Virus record (IMG/VR): IMGVR_UViG_3300005512_000010
Location: 26,749 to 90,748 of that record
DNA length: 64,000 nt
Strand: one strand, 5' to 3'
From: a virus
Lineage: Duplodnaviria; Caudoviricetes
The notes below the pieces were generated by a model. That model made no database searches, was not told the origin of the DNA, and saw nothing but the letters and a program-made list of their open reading frames with translations. Shown in pieces: positions 8,730 to 19,468 of this stretch (positions are counted from its first letter, which is position 1; each line of letters starts with the position of its first letter). The position numbers and the translations under genes are program-made.

Positions 8730-10626
8730 TAGGTTCGAACAGGATATCGTCAGCAACTAAAAGATCTGCTGCTGCATAGGAGTATTGGACTCGTTTAATC
8801 GAGGTGCAAGGGACGTAGTTTTCCACAACACTAACAGTGGCGTCCCATGTACGCCCATTTCTATTATAATAAAAAGGCATGCGTATCACAACAGTATTAG
8901 CTGAATTTTCGTCCTCAGAAGTTCCTATATCCGCGATTAATTGGTTGTGAAAGTTGTTTACCTGAGCATCAGAGTTTCCTCCTACTTTTAATACATCGGT
9001 GATATAGGGTAAATTCACTGGAGCAGTGGATTCATTGGCCCTTAAACCACTTTTAACGCTAAAAGTGTTATCAACGGAGTTGTATACCATCTCCTCCGGA
9101 CTAGGAGCTTTGATATTAAGGACCCAGAACATGAACAGGAGAGAGATAAGATTACCCCGAGACGGTAAAAGTCCAGGCCACTGAGAAATATCCACCTTGA
9201 GAGAATTAAACCGAGAGAGAGAAGTTAGCTCTGTGCTAGAATCGTACTCTCTCGTGGTATATCTATAATCCGTAGTAACTTCTCCAGTACTCTCGTTTAT
9301 GTTAAAATGCTCAATAAATGATTTATCTATCAACCTAAGGGTATCGACACTAGGATCTTTAGTCCACAGAGAATCCTCATCTAGCATATTAACATGGGCA
9401 TTTTTTAATATCTTCCTTTTTACACTACTGGGCCACTCTGTATTCCACAATCCACCTATAAACCCAAAATGCTGCGCTAACCAGTCCAGGTTTAAAGGGT
9501 AGCAGGTATCAGGATTGAGAGTGTTCCGGTAAAATCGGTCGATATCCAGTTTTGCTCCGGAAAGTAAATCGTCAACCCCAGAAGTTAACCACTTAGCCGC
9601 TGTATCCTCTCCCTCTCTATTATAAGCACCTTCGACACCCGGGAGTCTGTTATAGACCGGACGTGAAATATCACTATCTCCAAAAACCCTGGCATGCCTT
9701 ATCCTACTCCTAGCTACCTGAGCACAGCGAGAGTACAAGGTAGATAGAGAGTTATAGCAGGACACTAGGAATTCCCTGTTGTTGATTAAAAACCTGTTAA
9801 GCCATATCGAGTCGATCTCGCTCTCGATAAATTCATACCACACAGGATCAACTTCGTCTTTTAAATAACTCAGCAATCTATCCTTAATCTCGGGTTCAGC
9901 TTTAACTTCTAAGAAGTTCTGCCCTATAATCGATCGGACAAAATCATCTACGCTATCGGTAATAGCGCGAACTTCGAGATTCCCATATGACCGGAGTATA
10001 GCTCGGCGTATAAAAGACTCCGAGGTATAAGTATTTGGCGGCAAATAAACAGTAGATGCTATACTAGCAACTTTATCAACATTAATTTCCCCCGCCCCAG
10101 CGGGAAGTTTATAAACTCCCTTCGTAATACTCTGAAGCTCTACTGATCTCTCACCAAATACAAAGTAATATAAACCCGATACTGTGAGAGAGTCATATCT
10201 CCACTTTTCTCCTTCGACACGACTCAATGTCCCTATTCGGCATTTTCCAACCTCGCACTTGACATTTGTACCCTCAGAACAAGTCGCTCCTATCATCGTG
10301 CAGTTTTCATATCCCCCTTTTACCGGGAATCCATGGCCGAGTACGGTTGAATTGCTGTCGAGCAGAGTGGGGAGAATATGACTATGAGATACCGATTTAT
10401 ACCTGTACCCATCCACACTCCTCTCCCAGTAGACAGAATCGATTACGCCGTTTCTGGTCTCTACGATAGGAGTTGAAAGAAAGTTGATATTGCCTATCTT
10501 GTTCCTAAAGATCTTACTCGATCTGCGATTTCTAAACTCGCAGGTAACCTCTCCCGACCTTACACTGAAGGCCGGGGACCTGTACTTCTTGCCTCTCTCC
10601 CTGTCCCAAACGCTATTAGACAACAT
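8722..10626 (-). CDS. Baseplate wedge / P2 tail protein I-like
   Basis: LNPDTCYPLNLDWLAQHFGF motif typical of Tail_P2_I; directly follows the baseplate J gene. Confidence 0.7.
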   Translation of the reverse strand: MLSNSVWDRERGKKYRSPAFSVRSGEVTCEFRNRRSSKIFRNKIGNINFLSTPIVETRNGVIDSVYWERSVDGYRYKSVSHSHILPTLLDSNSTVLGHGFPVKGGYENCTMIGATCSEGTNVKCEVGKCRIGTLSRVEGEKWRYDSLTVSGLYYFVFGERSVELQSITKGVYKLPAGAGEINVDKVASIASTVYLPPNTYTSESFIRRAILRSYGNLEVRAITDSVDDFVRSIIGQNFLEVKAEPEIKDRLLSYLKDEVDPVWYEFIESEIDSIWLNRFLINNREFLVSCYNSLSTLYSRCAQVARSRIRHARVFGDSDISRPVYNRLPGVEGAYNREGEDTAAKWLTSGVDDLLSGAKLDIDRFYRNTLNPDTCYPLNLDWLAQHFGFIGGLWNTEWPSSVKRKILKNAHVNMLDEDSLWTKDPSVDTLRLIDKSFIEHFNINESTGEVTTDYRYTTREYDSSTELTSLSRFNSLKVDISQWPGLLPSRGNLISLLFMFWVLNIKAPSPEEMVYNSVDNTFSVKSGLRANESTAPVNLPYITDVLKVGGNSDAQVNNFHNQLIADIGTSEDENSANTVVIRMPFYYNRNGRTWDATVSVVENYVPCTSIKRVQYSYAAADLLVADDILFEPNG

Positions 10627-11908
10627 CGTATAAATTATCGTAAGTATAGGTTAGTGCGCTGTAGTCGATTACTGAGACTAGAGAAACTATAGACCGGTAA
10701 AGCCTAAACCCTGAGGTAGAGTTTGGCACTACGAGAGGCTCGGTGGAGGTTTTAGATACAGCCTGACCATATGAATAAGTACAGACTGACCCGTCATCAG
10801 ACTCGGTGCCAAGAAATCTCCCACAGATCCCATCAGTGGCACCGGTAATAGTCGGGTCTAATAGCATTTCTTTGATGTCTAGAGTTCTAATATCTAGTAC
10901 GAAATCGAGATCCAGGATTTCCTTTAATACCGTAGACACAGACAGATTATTGCCTATTCCAATTTGGACCGGATTAATGTAATCCACCAACAGAGACTGG
11001 ATCTGCCCTGCTAAGGTATCGGTAAAAGTAGTAGTCTCCTGGGGATTCCAGGATACACTGATGACCGATTCTACTGGTAATATGGAAGGAGATGATAGGT
11101 AGACATTGACATCGAGGGGTACTCGGTCTCTCAAAGAGGTGAGGAGGAGAGATTGAGTGGGTACTGGTAATTCACTGCCATCTTCTCCACCAGCAACGAT
11201 AAATACCCCCCTCGAATCTGTTCCAAATCTCTCCTCATAGGTCATTACTTTGATAATTTCGGCCTCAGGAGCTACCAGAGCTACTTCTTGCTCCAGGTCA
11301 CTGCGAGATGTGAGATTTCTTCTCCCCATGAGTTGAAAGGCCCTAGTCTTCATCTCATCAACAGTCTCCAGATCCTGCCCGCCCGTGGCGGCAGAATTAT
11401 TAGTGATAGAGTCGAGACCGAGGAAATTCCTTTCTATCCGATTAATAGATCCGGAGGGGACGTTGTACACTTCGCCCCACTTCTCGGACTGAGCGGTGAC
11501 TACAGCAGAGTCTTCTGTCATCCTGACTTGGTCGATTAGGGTGTAGACTTGGCCTCCATCGGCATAGACTTTTGTCCCGGAGGGTATTGTGACAGGCCTG
11601 CTGTACCCGGGAACGCGAAACAGAGTTATATCCACCAGCGCACGAGAACCAATCCGTCTCTGGATACCAAAATTCCTTAGCCACTGGATACTTACTGCCT
11701 CGGGCATGGAGTTGAGATAATAAAGCAGCTCTGCCTGAGCAAATCCCTGCCCCTCGCTAATAGCGGCCAGGGGCGAGGCGGGAGTAAAATCTGTTAACTG
11801 ACCGCCTGATTCTACAAAAATCTTAGTTTGTATCGCCCTAACAATATCGTTAGTATTACGACTATCTATCTGAAGCGGTAGCAGTGGTCCGTAGATTTCA
11901 GTTGCCAT
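10616..11908 (-). CDS. Baseplate J-like protein
   Basis: VTIPSGTKV, V.AQSEKWGEVYNV, ATGGQDLETVDEMKTR; 430 aa. Confidence 0.85.
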   Translation of the reverse strand: MATEIYGPLLPLQIDSRNTNDIVRAIQTKIFVESGGQLTDFTPASPLAAISEGQGFAQAELLYYLNSMPEAVSIQWLRNFGIQRRIGSRALVDITLFRVPGYSRPVTIPSGTKVYADGGQVYTLIDQVRMTEDSAVVTAQSEKWGEVYNVPSGSINRIERNFLGLDSITNNSAATGGQDLETVDEMKTRAFQLMGRRNLTSRSDLEQEVALVAPEAEIIKVMTYEERFGTDSRGVFIVAGGEDGSELPVPTQSLLLTSLRDRVPLDVNVYLSSPSILPVESVISVSWNPQETTTFTDTLAGQIQSLLVDYINPVQIGIGNNLSVSTVLKEILDLDFVLDIRTLDIKEMLLDPTITGATDGICGRFLGTESDDGSVCTYSYGQAVSKTSTEPLVVPNSTSGFRLYRSIVSLVSVIDYSALTYTYDNLYDVV

Positions 11909-11910
11909 AT

Positions 11911-12921
11911 TTAACTCTCAAAAGTTACCGATCTAGTCCGAGAAGAATAGGGTAGCCCGGTATCAGCGTTGTCAGATTCGTAGTCAGGTACTAAGCTGGT
12001 ATCGATAAAATCTCCATTAGAATCGGTAGACGGATCGTAGATGGTGTATCCGTTGATATCGACTACTAGTTCAGAAATATCTACATTGTACATAGCCTGG
12101 TCCGCTTCGCTAAGTGCTCCGAAACCGCTCAGATCTTTTAGTGTATCTATGGTACCCAAGCCGGACAGGGGTCGGAAGAGCTTATTCAGATCGGATATGT
12201 CATTGGCAGAGATAGTATCTACAATGTCTGGTCTGCTCAGAGATTCTAAGGGGCTGGTAGTAGAATATCCTACATACCCCTCCTGAACAGACTTTATCAA
12301 TGTCTGAGGTATATTAGCAGACGTATTACTGAGACCGGGGTAGGCTATGTTGGAAAAATACTGATTCGGTGTTAGATATCCGGTACTAAAAGATATCCCA
12401 CGGTAGTCAGAGGATAAACTGATGTTATCATCTAGCTGTATCCTACTACCCTCCGGTAACTTATCCAGTTTATTGTAAGCCATTGACGAGGCGAGGCGGG
12501 AAAATAGGTTAAGATCGGGGTTTAAAGATTCTAAGTTAGTTTTCACTCTTTGATTATCTAAAGGTATCCCTACATAATCCAGTGCATCGGTCAAAGAGTA
12601 TTCGTAGCTCGAGGACTCGTTGTAAGATTGAGAGACGGCCTCGTACAGATCTTCTGCTATGTCGCTAACAGACTGATACTGGCTATCAACGTACTGGGAA
12701 AATTCCCCTCCTTCACTATATTCCTTAGTAAGAACGTTTATGAGATCAGATAGATCTATACCATTCTTAACTATCTCAGAAGGAGTAGCAGTGCCTAGGA
12801 TATTCAACGGACTTTTAGACCTCACCTGATTGGCAACTTCAGGATACCTGTCTGCAAAACCATACGCCACTGCAGCCAGGTTAGATATAGTAGACCAGGA
12901 ATCTGTTAAATAGGTTGCCAC
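11911..12921 (-). CDS. Putative baseplate/tail protein with tail X or LysM-like N-terminus
   Basis: N-terminus TYLTDSWSTISNLAAVAYG resembles tail-X/LysM wedge modules. First gene of the baseplate operon, behind a GTTGAAAGC motif. Confidence 0.45.
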   Translation of the reverse strand: MATYLTDSWSTISNLAAVAYGFADRYPEVANQVRSKSPLNILGTATPSEIVKNGIDLSDLINVLTKEYSEGGEFSQYVDSQYQSVSDIAEDLYEAVSQSYNESSSYEYSLTDALDYVGIPLDNQRVKTNLESLNPDLNLFSRLASSMAYNKLDKLPEGSRIQLDDNISLSSDYRGISFSTGYLTPNQYFSNIAYPGLSNTSANIPQTLIKSVQEGYVGYSTTSPLESLSRPDIVDTISANDISDLNKLFRPLSGLGTIDTLKDLSGFGALSEADQAMYNVDISELVVDINGYTIYDPSTDSNGDFIDTSLVPDYESDNADTGLPYSSRTRSVTFES

Positions 12922-12943
12922 AGCGATACTTATCCCACTACCA

Positions 12944-12963
12944 TGCTTTCAACGTTGAAAGCA
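12944..12963. promoter_or_regulatory. Perfect 20-bp palindrome of two back-to-back GTTGAAAGC motifs (candidate divergent late promoter)
   Basis: TGCTTTCAACGTTGAAAGCA lies between divergent structural operons starting at 12921(-) and 12986(+). Confidence 0.7.
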
Positions 12964-12985
12964 CAGTAGGAATGTGAATTAAGCT

Positions 12986-13510
12986 ATGGAAGCTACCGTA
13001 CAGATTTTAAGTACACCGTTACCCGGGGAAGAGCCGTTCATAGGAGATGCTGAAGAGTCCGAGCTAATCGCTAACTCTTCCGATGGCAGATTGTGGATAG
13101 GTAACATCTCGGGTAACCCGATCGAGCTAGGCGGATCTTGTGTTAATAAACCGATAAATAATAATCTCTTCTCGGGTAACTATATCGATCTAGATGTAAC
13201 TAATCCGGACAATTTGCCTATTCCAGTACCAGACCCGAATAACGTTCCCCCGGGATTTTACAGAGAGATGCGAGTGCTTCTTCGCTTTGTCGGAGACCCT
13301 ATAGAAACTTTGACAACCTACTTCGACTACGACGTCGACTGGGGCGACCCGTCCTTCTGGTCAGCTAATCAAGAAACCTGGGGCGGTCTAAATAGTCAGT
13401 ACTCATCCCCTCTCGACTTCTACGCAAAGTCCGGTTCCGTAGCCATGATCGAGCTTAGCTGCTTCGGTCCTTCTCCTGCCTGGAGAGCAAGACTGCTATG
13501 GGCGAAATGA
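12986..13510 (+). CDS. Hypothetical, probably structural, protein
   Basis: 174-aa ORF between two GTTGAAAGC motifs, upstream of the tail fibre. Confidence 0.6.
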   Translation: MEATVQILSTPLPGEEPFIGDAEESELIANSSDGRLWIGNISGNPIELGGSCVNKPINNNLFSGNYIDLDVTNPDNLPIPVPDPNNVPPGFYREMRVLLRFVGDPIETLTTYFDYDVDWGDPSFWSANQETWGGLNSQYSSPLDFYAKSGSVAMIELSCFGPSPAWRARLLWAK

Positions 13511-13519
13511 GTTGAAAGC
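13511..13519 (+). promoter_or_regulatory. GTTGAAAGC candidate late promoter
   Basis: Motif ends 28 nt upstream of the tail fibre start. The same motif occurs at 21897, 24465, 27781, 33004, 38517 and 41296. Confidence 0.6.
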
Positions 13520-13546
13520 TAGTTAGAAAGTAATTATTGTTCGACT

Positions 13547-16500
13547 GTGGATCGTATTGTATTTCAAAACGGAAAAGCCGTTAGCAGCCAGTACCTCAAC
13601 GAGGTACAGAAAGGGAATAAGTTCACCGGTAATAGTCGAACGGACTACTATACCGATCCTACCTCTGGAGATGAGGCTGGGTGGGAGATTAGTCAGAGAG
13701 ACGGGATCAAAGATTGGGAAATTGCCGATCCCAGAGTAGACCAGGAATCAGCCCTGGGCCGATCCGCCCATGACGGCATCGTCTTGGGTTGGGACAGCGT
13801 GGCCGAATCTGTCCTGGTTCCAGGGACCCCGGGCACCAGGCCCGTCGGTGCTGGTGGCATCGGTGTCACTGTAGAGGCCGGTAGTTTCATCGGTAGAGAT
13901 GGTAATCCCATCTCCTGGCCTAGAGAGACTGTACAGATTCTAGGCGGAGCGGATAGTATCTCTTATCTCTACGTTCTCGATGACGGATCGGACCCCGCAT
14001 CGGTGTCTATGGGTAACAGTCTGCCCAGTGTAACCGAGGCTCATGTCCCCCTAGCTAAACTAGTTCTTAATGGTGCCGGAGACGGTCTTGCCACAGACCC
14101 CCAGACAAACGAAGTTGTAGGCACAGGGTATATCGATCTCCGCCCCAATACGTTCGTTGGAAATCTGAATACCTACCCTCAGAACCTCACCAATACTGCG
14201 ATACAAAATACCGACTACACCGCACAGATCTGGGACCGAGTTATCACCGATACCAGTAGCGGCAGTATTATCCTGACTTTGCCCGAGTCCCCCAGTGACT
14301 CCGACCGAATCGCTGTGGTTGATATCTCAGGGACGTTTGACCGGTTCCCTCTGATTATTCGTCAGAATCCCGTATCCCTGGAGCTACTAAACAGTTCTAG
14401 TGATGACTGGATTGTCAATATCCGAGACGCCCATCTCGAGCTATTTTACCACTCCGCTACCGGCCAGTGGAAATTCGAAGAAGCGCCAGGGTCCGAGTGC
14501 AATCCGGTCCTGGGTAATTTCTTGTCCTGTGGTGGCAGAGAATTTGTCGGTGACCGCACTGCAGTAGAGTGTCCTGACGGCGCGGCATTGCCCGCCAGAT
14601 ACCCCGAACCCAGTGCAGGTAAATATAGCTTCGAACCGTCACAGTCCGATCCGACACTGGGTAAGTGCTACAGGGTTTATAACGACACCGTCGCTCTCTA
14701 TGCCAACGGGACCGGTGGACTAATCAGCATTGCCAACACCCCTCGATGTGATAGGGAGGGGACGGCTAGTGCGATCTCTACTTCACGTAACACCATCTTC
14801 GTCGACCCGAGCATCGGTGACGACTCGATAGGTAATGTGGGCTCTGAGGTAGGACGTCCCTTCCGAACCCTAGAACGCGCACTGATCGAGGCGGTTAGAG
14901 AATCGCGCAGATCCGGCCAAGCCAATGACCGTTACGACCGGGTGATGATCGAGCTGGCTCCGGGCGATTATTACATAGATAACTCTCCAGGTTCCTTGGC
15001 CCCCCTAGCGGTTACAGATGATACTGGCCTTATCCAGAGGACTGACTCCGGGTACGAAGTTGGCAGTGTATCCGTAGGGGATAGAGTAGTCCATATTACT
15101 GTTGACGTAGGGGATTCGGTCAATAATCAACCTCCCAGAGCATTGAATCTGGGCCGCGTATTGTACAGCGAATCTGGCGGAGTAGGCAATATCGCCAGAA
15201 TTGAAAAAATTTCCCCCTCCAATTCCAACTGGGTAGTCACTCTGGAATATGTAAATGGCGGATTCAATATCAACGATAAAATTTACTACGATAACTTATC
15301 CGTAGTAAACCCTCAGACCGGTGGTCTTATTGTCCCCCGAGGTATTTCGATAGACGGTACGGACTTGAGAAAAGTTCGTCTCCGCCCCATGTATGTACCG
15401 GAACTCACCCCGGTCCAAAACGATCCGCAGTCAGAAAGAACTGCAATGCTCAAGGTTACAGGCGGTACGTACGTATCTCTCCTGACCTTCACTGATAACC
15501 CTCAGTATCCTCGTACGCACAATACTGTAACTTCGGTTACTTTCGCGTCCCAGGCAGAGATTAATGGCACTGGCACGGAAACCCCGTATTATGGCAGGAT
15601 CAACACTCTATTCAAAGACTTGGATGGTTGGGGAGCTGACGGCTTAGAAGCACTTCCTGCCGAAACAACCATTGTCGCTCCTATCGCTGACAGCAAGACG
15701 AATAGGGATAGGGATCTAGAGGAGAATCAGACCGGCCTCCGGATAGACGGTGGTGACGGAAGAGACAATGCTCCTGTATCCTATCCCGGTGCGACACGGA
15801 TCAGGGACACCGATGGAAGTATTGTTCCTCTGCCCGACATCAACTCGACGAGATCGAGTTCGCCTTACGTCTTTAACTGTTCAGTCCGCTCCATCTTCGG
15901 CCTCAACGGCTTGTGGGCAGAAGGAAGCCTTGTGGCAGGTTTCAAGTCGATGGTAACGGCAAACTTTACCCAGGTCTCCTTGCAAACTGACCCCAACTGT
16001 TTTACTCCAACCACCTATTTCGAGGATCCCCCGACCAACAAGAGCAGTGGTACTGGTAAACAGTACAAGACGTCTACCAACGATCCGTTTAAATACCGCC
16101 ACTTCGGCATGCGTGGCTCTAACGATGCGGCGATCCAGATTGTCTCGGTGTTTGTCATCGGCAACAGCGATCACTTTGTATCAGAGAATGGGGCGGACCT
16201 TTCGATCACGAATTCCTGCTCCGACTTCGGCGACATCTCGCTAAGAGGGATTGGTTACAAGGCGAAAGCTTTTAGTCAAGACGAGGCGACTACGTCCTCC
16301 GGATACAGCGGCACCCGAATCACTCAGATCATCCCGCCCCTGCCCCTCTCATATGATGTGTTGGCAGATGGCCGTCCTCCCACCCTAGAGGACACGGAAA
16401 TCAACACCGGCGTCACTATCGACTATAACAAAACTCTCGCGTACGTTAAAAATAACCCGACGGTTGACGGAAAACCTCCCACCACGATACGGATTTACAT

Positions 16501-18709
16501 CCAAAACTCTAACACCGCGTCTCCGTTCTCGATCGTCAATCCCCCCTCCGCATCTAATATCGCATTCGGCCAGTTCTCGTATACGAAGAAAGTTAGTGAG
16601 ACGGCATGGGGACTAGCCGGTGGACCGGAGCGTGAAAATCGCCGCCGGATCTACGTTAGCGGCTTCGACGAGAACGGTAACTCGATCTTGTTTGCGGGCA
16701 ACATGAAAGAGCCCGACCCAAACACTGACGGTTTCTCCGCTCTCGACGACCGGTCTAAGATTTTTGTTTGGGACGAAAACCCGGCGGATCTTGATTCCAA
16801 TGGCGACCCGATTATCGGCGGTGCTAGTTGGTACGTTCCGGTTACGACGGCAACTATCGCGGAAGAGGATACCGACCTCGACGATGATGGCTACCTGCTA
16901 AAACGTTTCGATTACGCATTCCGGTACAAGTTGACTAGTAATCCGACCGGTACCGATGCCATATTCTCCACTCTCGACTTTATATTTGACCGGTCGGCAG
17001 TAAAAATTATCCGGGCTACAGATAAACGTAAGGCGGATGACAGGGTCTATCGCGTCGTACTAGACGGATATCTCAAGGAGCGTGGTCTAAGACGCCCTCA
17101 GCCCTACTACGTCATGGAGAAGCAGGAGGGAGTCTCTGGCTACCCTCTCAATGATTCCAACGAACTTCGCCTTGACCCGCTAACCGTCACTCAAATCCGC
17201 ACCTACGACGAGGTGTCCAGGCCTGGTAGCCAAGACGTAAAGTTCCCCGGCCAATACGTAACCTATCTGACCCAGGGTTCCCAGGCCCGTAACGTATTCA
17301 CTGGTGATCATTACCCCCGTATTGATAACGACTACCCGGAACTGACCGAGGATCCGGCTGAAAGTATTACGAAGATTGCTTTGCAGGCCATGCAGGACCG
17401 GGCTGGTGTCCACTATAGTGCGTCACTGGGTCCATCGGTAATCCCGATCACCATCAAGACGTCGGCCAGCGTCACCACGACCGGATTCAGAATCGGCCTC
17501 CGCCGCCCATCTGTAATCCGTGCCTCCGGCCACACTTGGGAATGGACCGGTTACCTGAACTATGATACCGCGTTCCCGACATTCCAAGGCGACCCTCTGG
17601 AACAGGACTTCGCGTTAGGAAAGATTATCGTTGAGGAAAACGGTGGCCGGGTATATGCCACCGGCATGAACGAGGAAGGTAGTTATTACATTGGTACAAC
17701 GGTCTTCGACCTCAGGTCCGGCGAACAATTCGCGATCCCGCTGGCGGCGGAGGGCGAACCGGGTAACGTTACCAACCAAATCCTGAACAACGTCATCGTC
17801 CGCAACACCCTCCTCATGCAGGACGACTCGAGCCTGGTTCTCGGCCGGAACACAACCGTCTTCTTCAGCAACGACACGGTATTTAAGTCGCTGACTACCG
17901 GCGACATTGTTGCCAGCAAGAACCCGCCACAGGTGTATGCCAGCACGTCAAAAGCCGGTATCGTTCAACTCGCCGACCAGTCTATGATCCGAGGCGCGTT
18001 GGGTAGTCAATCAACCGGTATTAGCGACAAGGTGGCGGTTAGCGCGTTCAACTTGGCCGAAGAACTCAACCTCCGGTTCGAGAGCGCATTCGTTCAAGGA
18101 ACCGGTATCCTGGTTACCAGTCAATCTGTCGAGGTTCCTGGAGGCGATCCTGCCGACCCGGCCGACAACATTCTGCAGTATACTGTTAACGTCGATCCGG
18201 AATACGGTGGCTTCGTACCGGTCGGAGGCATCATTATGTGGTCGGGTACAGTTGAGGAGATCGCAACGAACCCTCGCTGGGCGGTATGTGATGGTCAGAC
18301 GAAAAACGGCCGCACAACACCTAACCTGTTAAATCGTTTCATTAAGGGTGCGACGACTACCGCGAATAACAACCAGTCTGGCGGTCCGACCTTAACCGGG
18401 ACGACGGGTGAAACCGCCCTGCAACAGCAGAACATTCCTCGTCACCGTCACGGGGTTAGAGGTAGTGGAGAAATTAATATCCTAGGTGGTACCGATGGTT
18501 CCACATACAGTAATGTTGTTGTAAACACCGCAGACTCTTGGACAGGCGGTGGCGGTGCTTGTCCGATTGATGGATATTGCGCACCTGGAAACATGAACAG
18601 CCTAGCTGGTGGAGCCGATCCATCTGTCAGTCACTCTCACTCCCTATCTGGTGCGGGCACCATCGAACCGTTATGGTATTCGCTAGCATACATCATGCGT
18701 GTGCAGTGA
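13547..18709 (+). CDS. Long tail fibre / tail spike protein
   Basis: 1720 aa, T/G/S-rich. Cyanophage-type modules DTSSGSIILTLPESP and IFVDPSIGDDS..PFRTLERAL. C-terminal tail-collar motif VPVGGIIMWSG..WAVCDG..TPNLLNRFIKG. Confidence 0.85.
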   Translation: MDRIVFQNGKAVSSQYLNEVQKGNKFTGNSRTDYYTDPTSGDEAGWEISQRDGIKDWEIADPRVDQESALGRSAHDGIVLGWDSVAESVLVPGTPGTRPVGAGGIGVTVEAGSFIGRDGNPISWPRETVQILGGADSISYLYVLDDGSDPASVSMGNSLPSVTEAHVPLAKLVLNGAGDGLATDPQTNEVVGTGYIDLRPNTFVGNLNTYPQNLTNTAIQNTDYTAQIWDRVITDTSSGSIILTLPESPSDSDRIAVVDISGTFDRFPLIIRQNPVSLELLNSSSDDWIVNIRDAHLELFYHSATGQWKFEEAPGSECNPVLGNFLSCGGREFVGDRTAVECPDGAALPARYPEPSAGKYSFEPSQSDPTLGKCYRVYNDTVALYANGTGGLISIANTPRCDREGTASAISTSRNTIFVDPSIGDDSIGNVGSEVGRPFRTLERALIEAVRESRRSGQANDRYDRVMIELAPGDYYIDNSPGSLAPLAVTDDTGLIQRTDSGYEVGSVSVGDRVVHITVDVGDSVNNQPPRALNLGRVLYSESGGVGNIARIEKISPSNSNWVVTLEYVNGGFNINDKIYYDNLSVVNPQTGGLIVPRGISIDGTDLRKVRLRPMYVPELTPVQNDPQSERTAMLKVTGGTYVSLLTFTDNPQYPRTHNTVTSVTFASQAEINGTGTETPYYGRINTLFKDLDGWGADGLEALPAETTIVAPIADSKTNRDRDLEENQTGLRIDGGDGRDNAPVSYPGATRIRDTDGSIVPLPDINSTRSSSPYVFNCSVRSIFGLNGLWAEGSLVAGFKSMVTANFTQVSLQTDPNCFTPTTYFEDPPTNKSSGTGKQYKTSTNDPFKYRHFGMRGSNDAAIQIVSVFVIGNSDHFVSENGADLSITNSCSDFGDISLRGIGYKAKAFSQDEATTSSGYSGTRITQIIPPLPLSYDVLADGRPPTLEDTEINTGVTIDYNKTLAYVKNNPTVDGKPPTTIRIYIQNSNTASPFSIVNPPSASNIAFGQFSYTKKVSETAWGLAGGPERENRRRIYVSGFDENGNSILFAGNMKEPDPNTDGFSALDDRSKIFVWDENPADLDSNGDPIIGGASWYVPVTTATIAEEDTDLDDDGYLLKRFDYAFRYKLTSNPTGTDAIFSTLDFIFDRSAVKIIRATDKRKADDRVYRVVLDGYLKERGLRRPQPYYVMEKQEGVSGYPLNDSNELRLDPLTVTQIRTYDEVSRPGSQDVKFPGQYVTYLTQGSQARNVFTGDHYPRIDNDYPELTEDPAESITKIALQAMQDRAGVHYSASLGPSVIPITIKTSASVTTTGFRIGLRRPSVIRASGHTWEWTGYLNYDTAFPTFQGDPLEQDFALGKIIVEENGGRVYATGMNEEGSYYIGTTVFDLRSGEQFAIPLAAEGEPGNVTNQILNNVIVRNTLLMQDDSSLVLGRNTTVFFSNDTVFKSLTTGDIVASKNPPQVYASTSKAGIVQLADQSMIRGALGSQSTGISDKVAVSAFNLAEELNLRFESAFVQGTGILVTSQSVEVPGGDPADPADNILQYTVNVDPEYGGFVPVGGIIMWSGTVEEIATNPRWAVCDGQTKNGRTTPNLLNRFIKGATTTANNNQSGGPTLTGTTGETALQQQNIPRHRHGVRGSGEINILGGTDGSTYSNVVVNTADSWTGGGGACPIDGYCAPGNMNSLAGGADPSVSHSHSLSGAGTIEPLWYSLAYIMRVQ

Positions 18710-18747
18710 GTTTAGGCTATAATGGCAGGATAATCCTATTCCCTCCC

Positions 18748-19467
18748 ATGGCCTCCGACCCGATTCTAGAAAAATACGAAGGCAAGAAATTTGTTTTCTG
18801 CTTACCGGGTGATTACTACTCAGGTACGTTCTTGACCAATATCGTCGGCCTTAATAGCCTCTTGGCCGTCCACGGCATAAAGGTGACTCTCGCCCAGACC
18901 CATTCTTCCTGCATCCACAGGCTCCGGAACATCTGTGGGGGAGGGGATATACTTGAAGGGACATACCAAACTCCTTTTGCCAACCAAGATGTCGACTACG
19001 ACTACTTGCTCTGGATCGACTCGGATATCGTGTTTAACCGAAAAAACTTCACCGACCTGCTGGAAATGGACGTTGACGTCGCGACAGGGTGGTACTATCA
19101 GCCGGATGGTAGTCCGGCCTGCGGGTTTATTGATAAGTCTGCGTGTAAACGGGTAAAATCCCACCCGTCCCTCCCCCTTTACGACCCCCGCCACACCTAC
19201 CTATTCCGCCCGGACAAAGACATCGAGGAAAAGACCGACCCGTATGTGGTTGATTGGGTCGGAATGGGCTGGATATTGATCAAGAAAGGGGTGATGGAGA
19301 AAGTTCCGTATCCCTGGTTCGCACCAAAAAACATCCGGGCGACTGAGAAGATAGTGGACACGTTGTCGGAGGATTTGTCGTTTCAACTCAATTTACGTGA
19401 GGTTGGTGTCGATATTTGGATGAACCCCCAGGTCCGAGTTGGGCACGAAAAGACCCGGGTGATTTGA
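18748..19467 (+). CDS. Glycosyltransferase (GT-A fold)
   Basis: DYLLWIDSDIVF (DxD), GMGWILIKKGV, SEDLSF, VGHEK. TATAAT at about 18717 upstream. Confidence 0.8.
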   Translation: MASDPILEKYEGKKFVFCLPGDYYSGTFLTNIVGLNSLLAVHGIKVTLAQTHSSCIHRLRNICGGGDILEGTYQTPFANQDVDYDYLLWIDSDIVFNRKNFTDLLEMDVDVATGWYYQPDGSPACGFIDKSACKRVKSHPSLPLYDPRHTYLFRPDKDIEEKTDPYVVDWVGMGWILIKKGVMEKVPYPWFAPKNIRATEKIVDTLSEDLSFQLNLREVGVDIWMNPQVRVGHEKTRVI

Positions 19468-19468
19468 A